Source: an uncultured Clostridia bacterium
GTDB lineage: Bacteria; Bacillota; Clostridia; TANB77; CAG-508
Direction: 5' to 3'
Length of the DNA: 55,752 nucleotides
Assembly (NCBI GenBank): GCA_947588635.1
Contig: CANPYN010000003.1
Coordinates: 1-55,752, forward strand
In this document: positions 54,735 through 55,752 of the stretch, piece by piece
How the letters are laid out: the number at the start of each line of letters is the position of its first letter
Position numbering within the stretch: the first letter of the stretch is position 1
Position numbers and translations under genes: made by a program
The notes under the pieces: model-generated
What the model saw: only the letters and a program-made list of their open reading frames with translations
Database searches by the model: none
What the model was told of the DNA's origin: nothing

Positions 54735-55502
54735 TATTTTTTTAATGATATAATAAATTTTTTTAACATCACACTTAAGTAAATCCGCCATTTGAATCTG
54801 TTTATATTGCTTTTCTATAATTAAGCTATTGCAAAAATCCTTCAACATCTTTTTTTCTTTCTTTATAGTTTCTAAATTAATCTTATTATTCTTTAAATAA
54901 TTCCTAACTGCTACCATAAAATTTTCTTGTTCTCTGTCTATATCCATTACTTCTATCTCTTCATTAGAAATATTCATAAATCTTTCAAGATAATTATTTA
55001 CATCTCCAAAAATTTTAATAATTACTTCATCATTTATTATTCCGTCTTTTTTTAAAAAATTACTATATGTGGAATAACTATATTCTTCAGGTTTATCAAC
55101 TATATTTGCTTTAACAGGATTCATGTGTATATACTTCAAACATTTTAGGAGATAGTCTTTATTGTATATATACTGACTATTAAATCTGTCTCTAAAAACA
55201 TATCCTACTCTGCCTGTGGCTTTGTTATAATCTTTAGCAAAAATAGAGTTTACCATCCTCATATATCTCGACATTTCATAAATTTCATCCGTATATATTA
55301 ATAAATGAGCATGATTATCCATAATGCAATATGCCAATAATGTTATTTTAAATTTCTCTTTATACCTTAATAATAATGATAAATATTCTTCTTTATCAAT
55401 ATCCTTTTCAAATATGTATCTTTTATTTATTCCTTGTACCATAACATGAAAAAAGCCATTTCCATAGCTACATCTTGCTTTTCTATTCATTTTTACCTCC
55501 AT
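54693..55502 (-). mobile_element. REP-associated tyrosine (HUH/Y1) transposase, RAYT/IS200-like
   Basis: FHVMVQG, AYCIMDNHAHLL (HUH), GYVFRDRF and YIHMNPVKA (catalytic Tyr) motifs. Confidence 0.88.
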
Positions 55503-55649
55503 ATATATCGAAATTTAAGATATTAAAATTTAGATTAAAATTAATTTGAAAAAAATTTTTAGATTAAATACTATAATTATTTTAAAATAAATTGAATATA
55601 TTTTCAACTTAAACTTTACGACAAAATTTGATAAAAAATTCCTTGAAAA

Positions 55650-55752
55650 GAACAACAGTGGGCTTTTTTTATGTAAGACTATTTAAATTTATTTTAAAGC
55701 CCACGCTCGTTGTTCGCCCGCCAAAATTTTGAAAAAATTTTGTGTGGAATAT
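55650..55752. repeat. Multi-hairpin dispersed repeat upstream of the RAYT (runs off the window end)
   Basis: Near-identical to 26683-26785. Confidence 0.85.

Overview
Very AT-rich chromosomal segment of a spore-forming Clostridia-type bacterium, with almost all genes on the minus strand. It carries asnB, spoIVB, a ~14 kb Tad/Flp-like pilus locus with a tandem array of pilin-like genes, ssp, hpf, recO-yqzL-era-nadE, spoIVA, lexA, obg, trpS, rplU-rpmA, smc, rnc, a dcw cluster (mraZ-rsmH-ftsL-spoVD-murE-mraY-ftsW/spoVE-murG), trmFO and a REP-associated (RAYT-type) HUH transposase. The main observation is that 13 conserved genes are broken at 17 positions, always in the same way: an in-frame CGG codon, after which the conserved protein continues in the +1 frame beginning with Gly (C-GGN). 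Reading CGGN as one Gly restores full-length proteins and their catalytic motifs. In my manual scan no intact gene used CGG in frame, many out-of-frame CGG triplets caused no break, and I found no break of any other kind. This points to a codon-specific non-triplet decoding rule (CGGN read as Gly, or an obligate +1 frameshift at CGG) rather than pseudogenes or sequencing error. The mechanism is inference and needs proteomic, tRNA and read-level tests. Secondary observations: leaderless pilin-like paralogues with identical N-termini, several dispersed palindromic repeat families (one linked to the RAYT), and two type I toxin-like small membrane ORFs.
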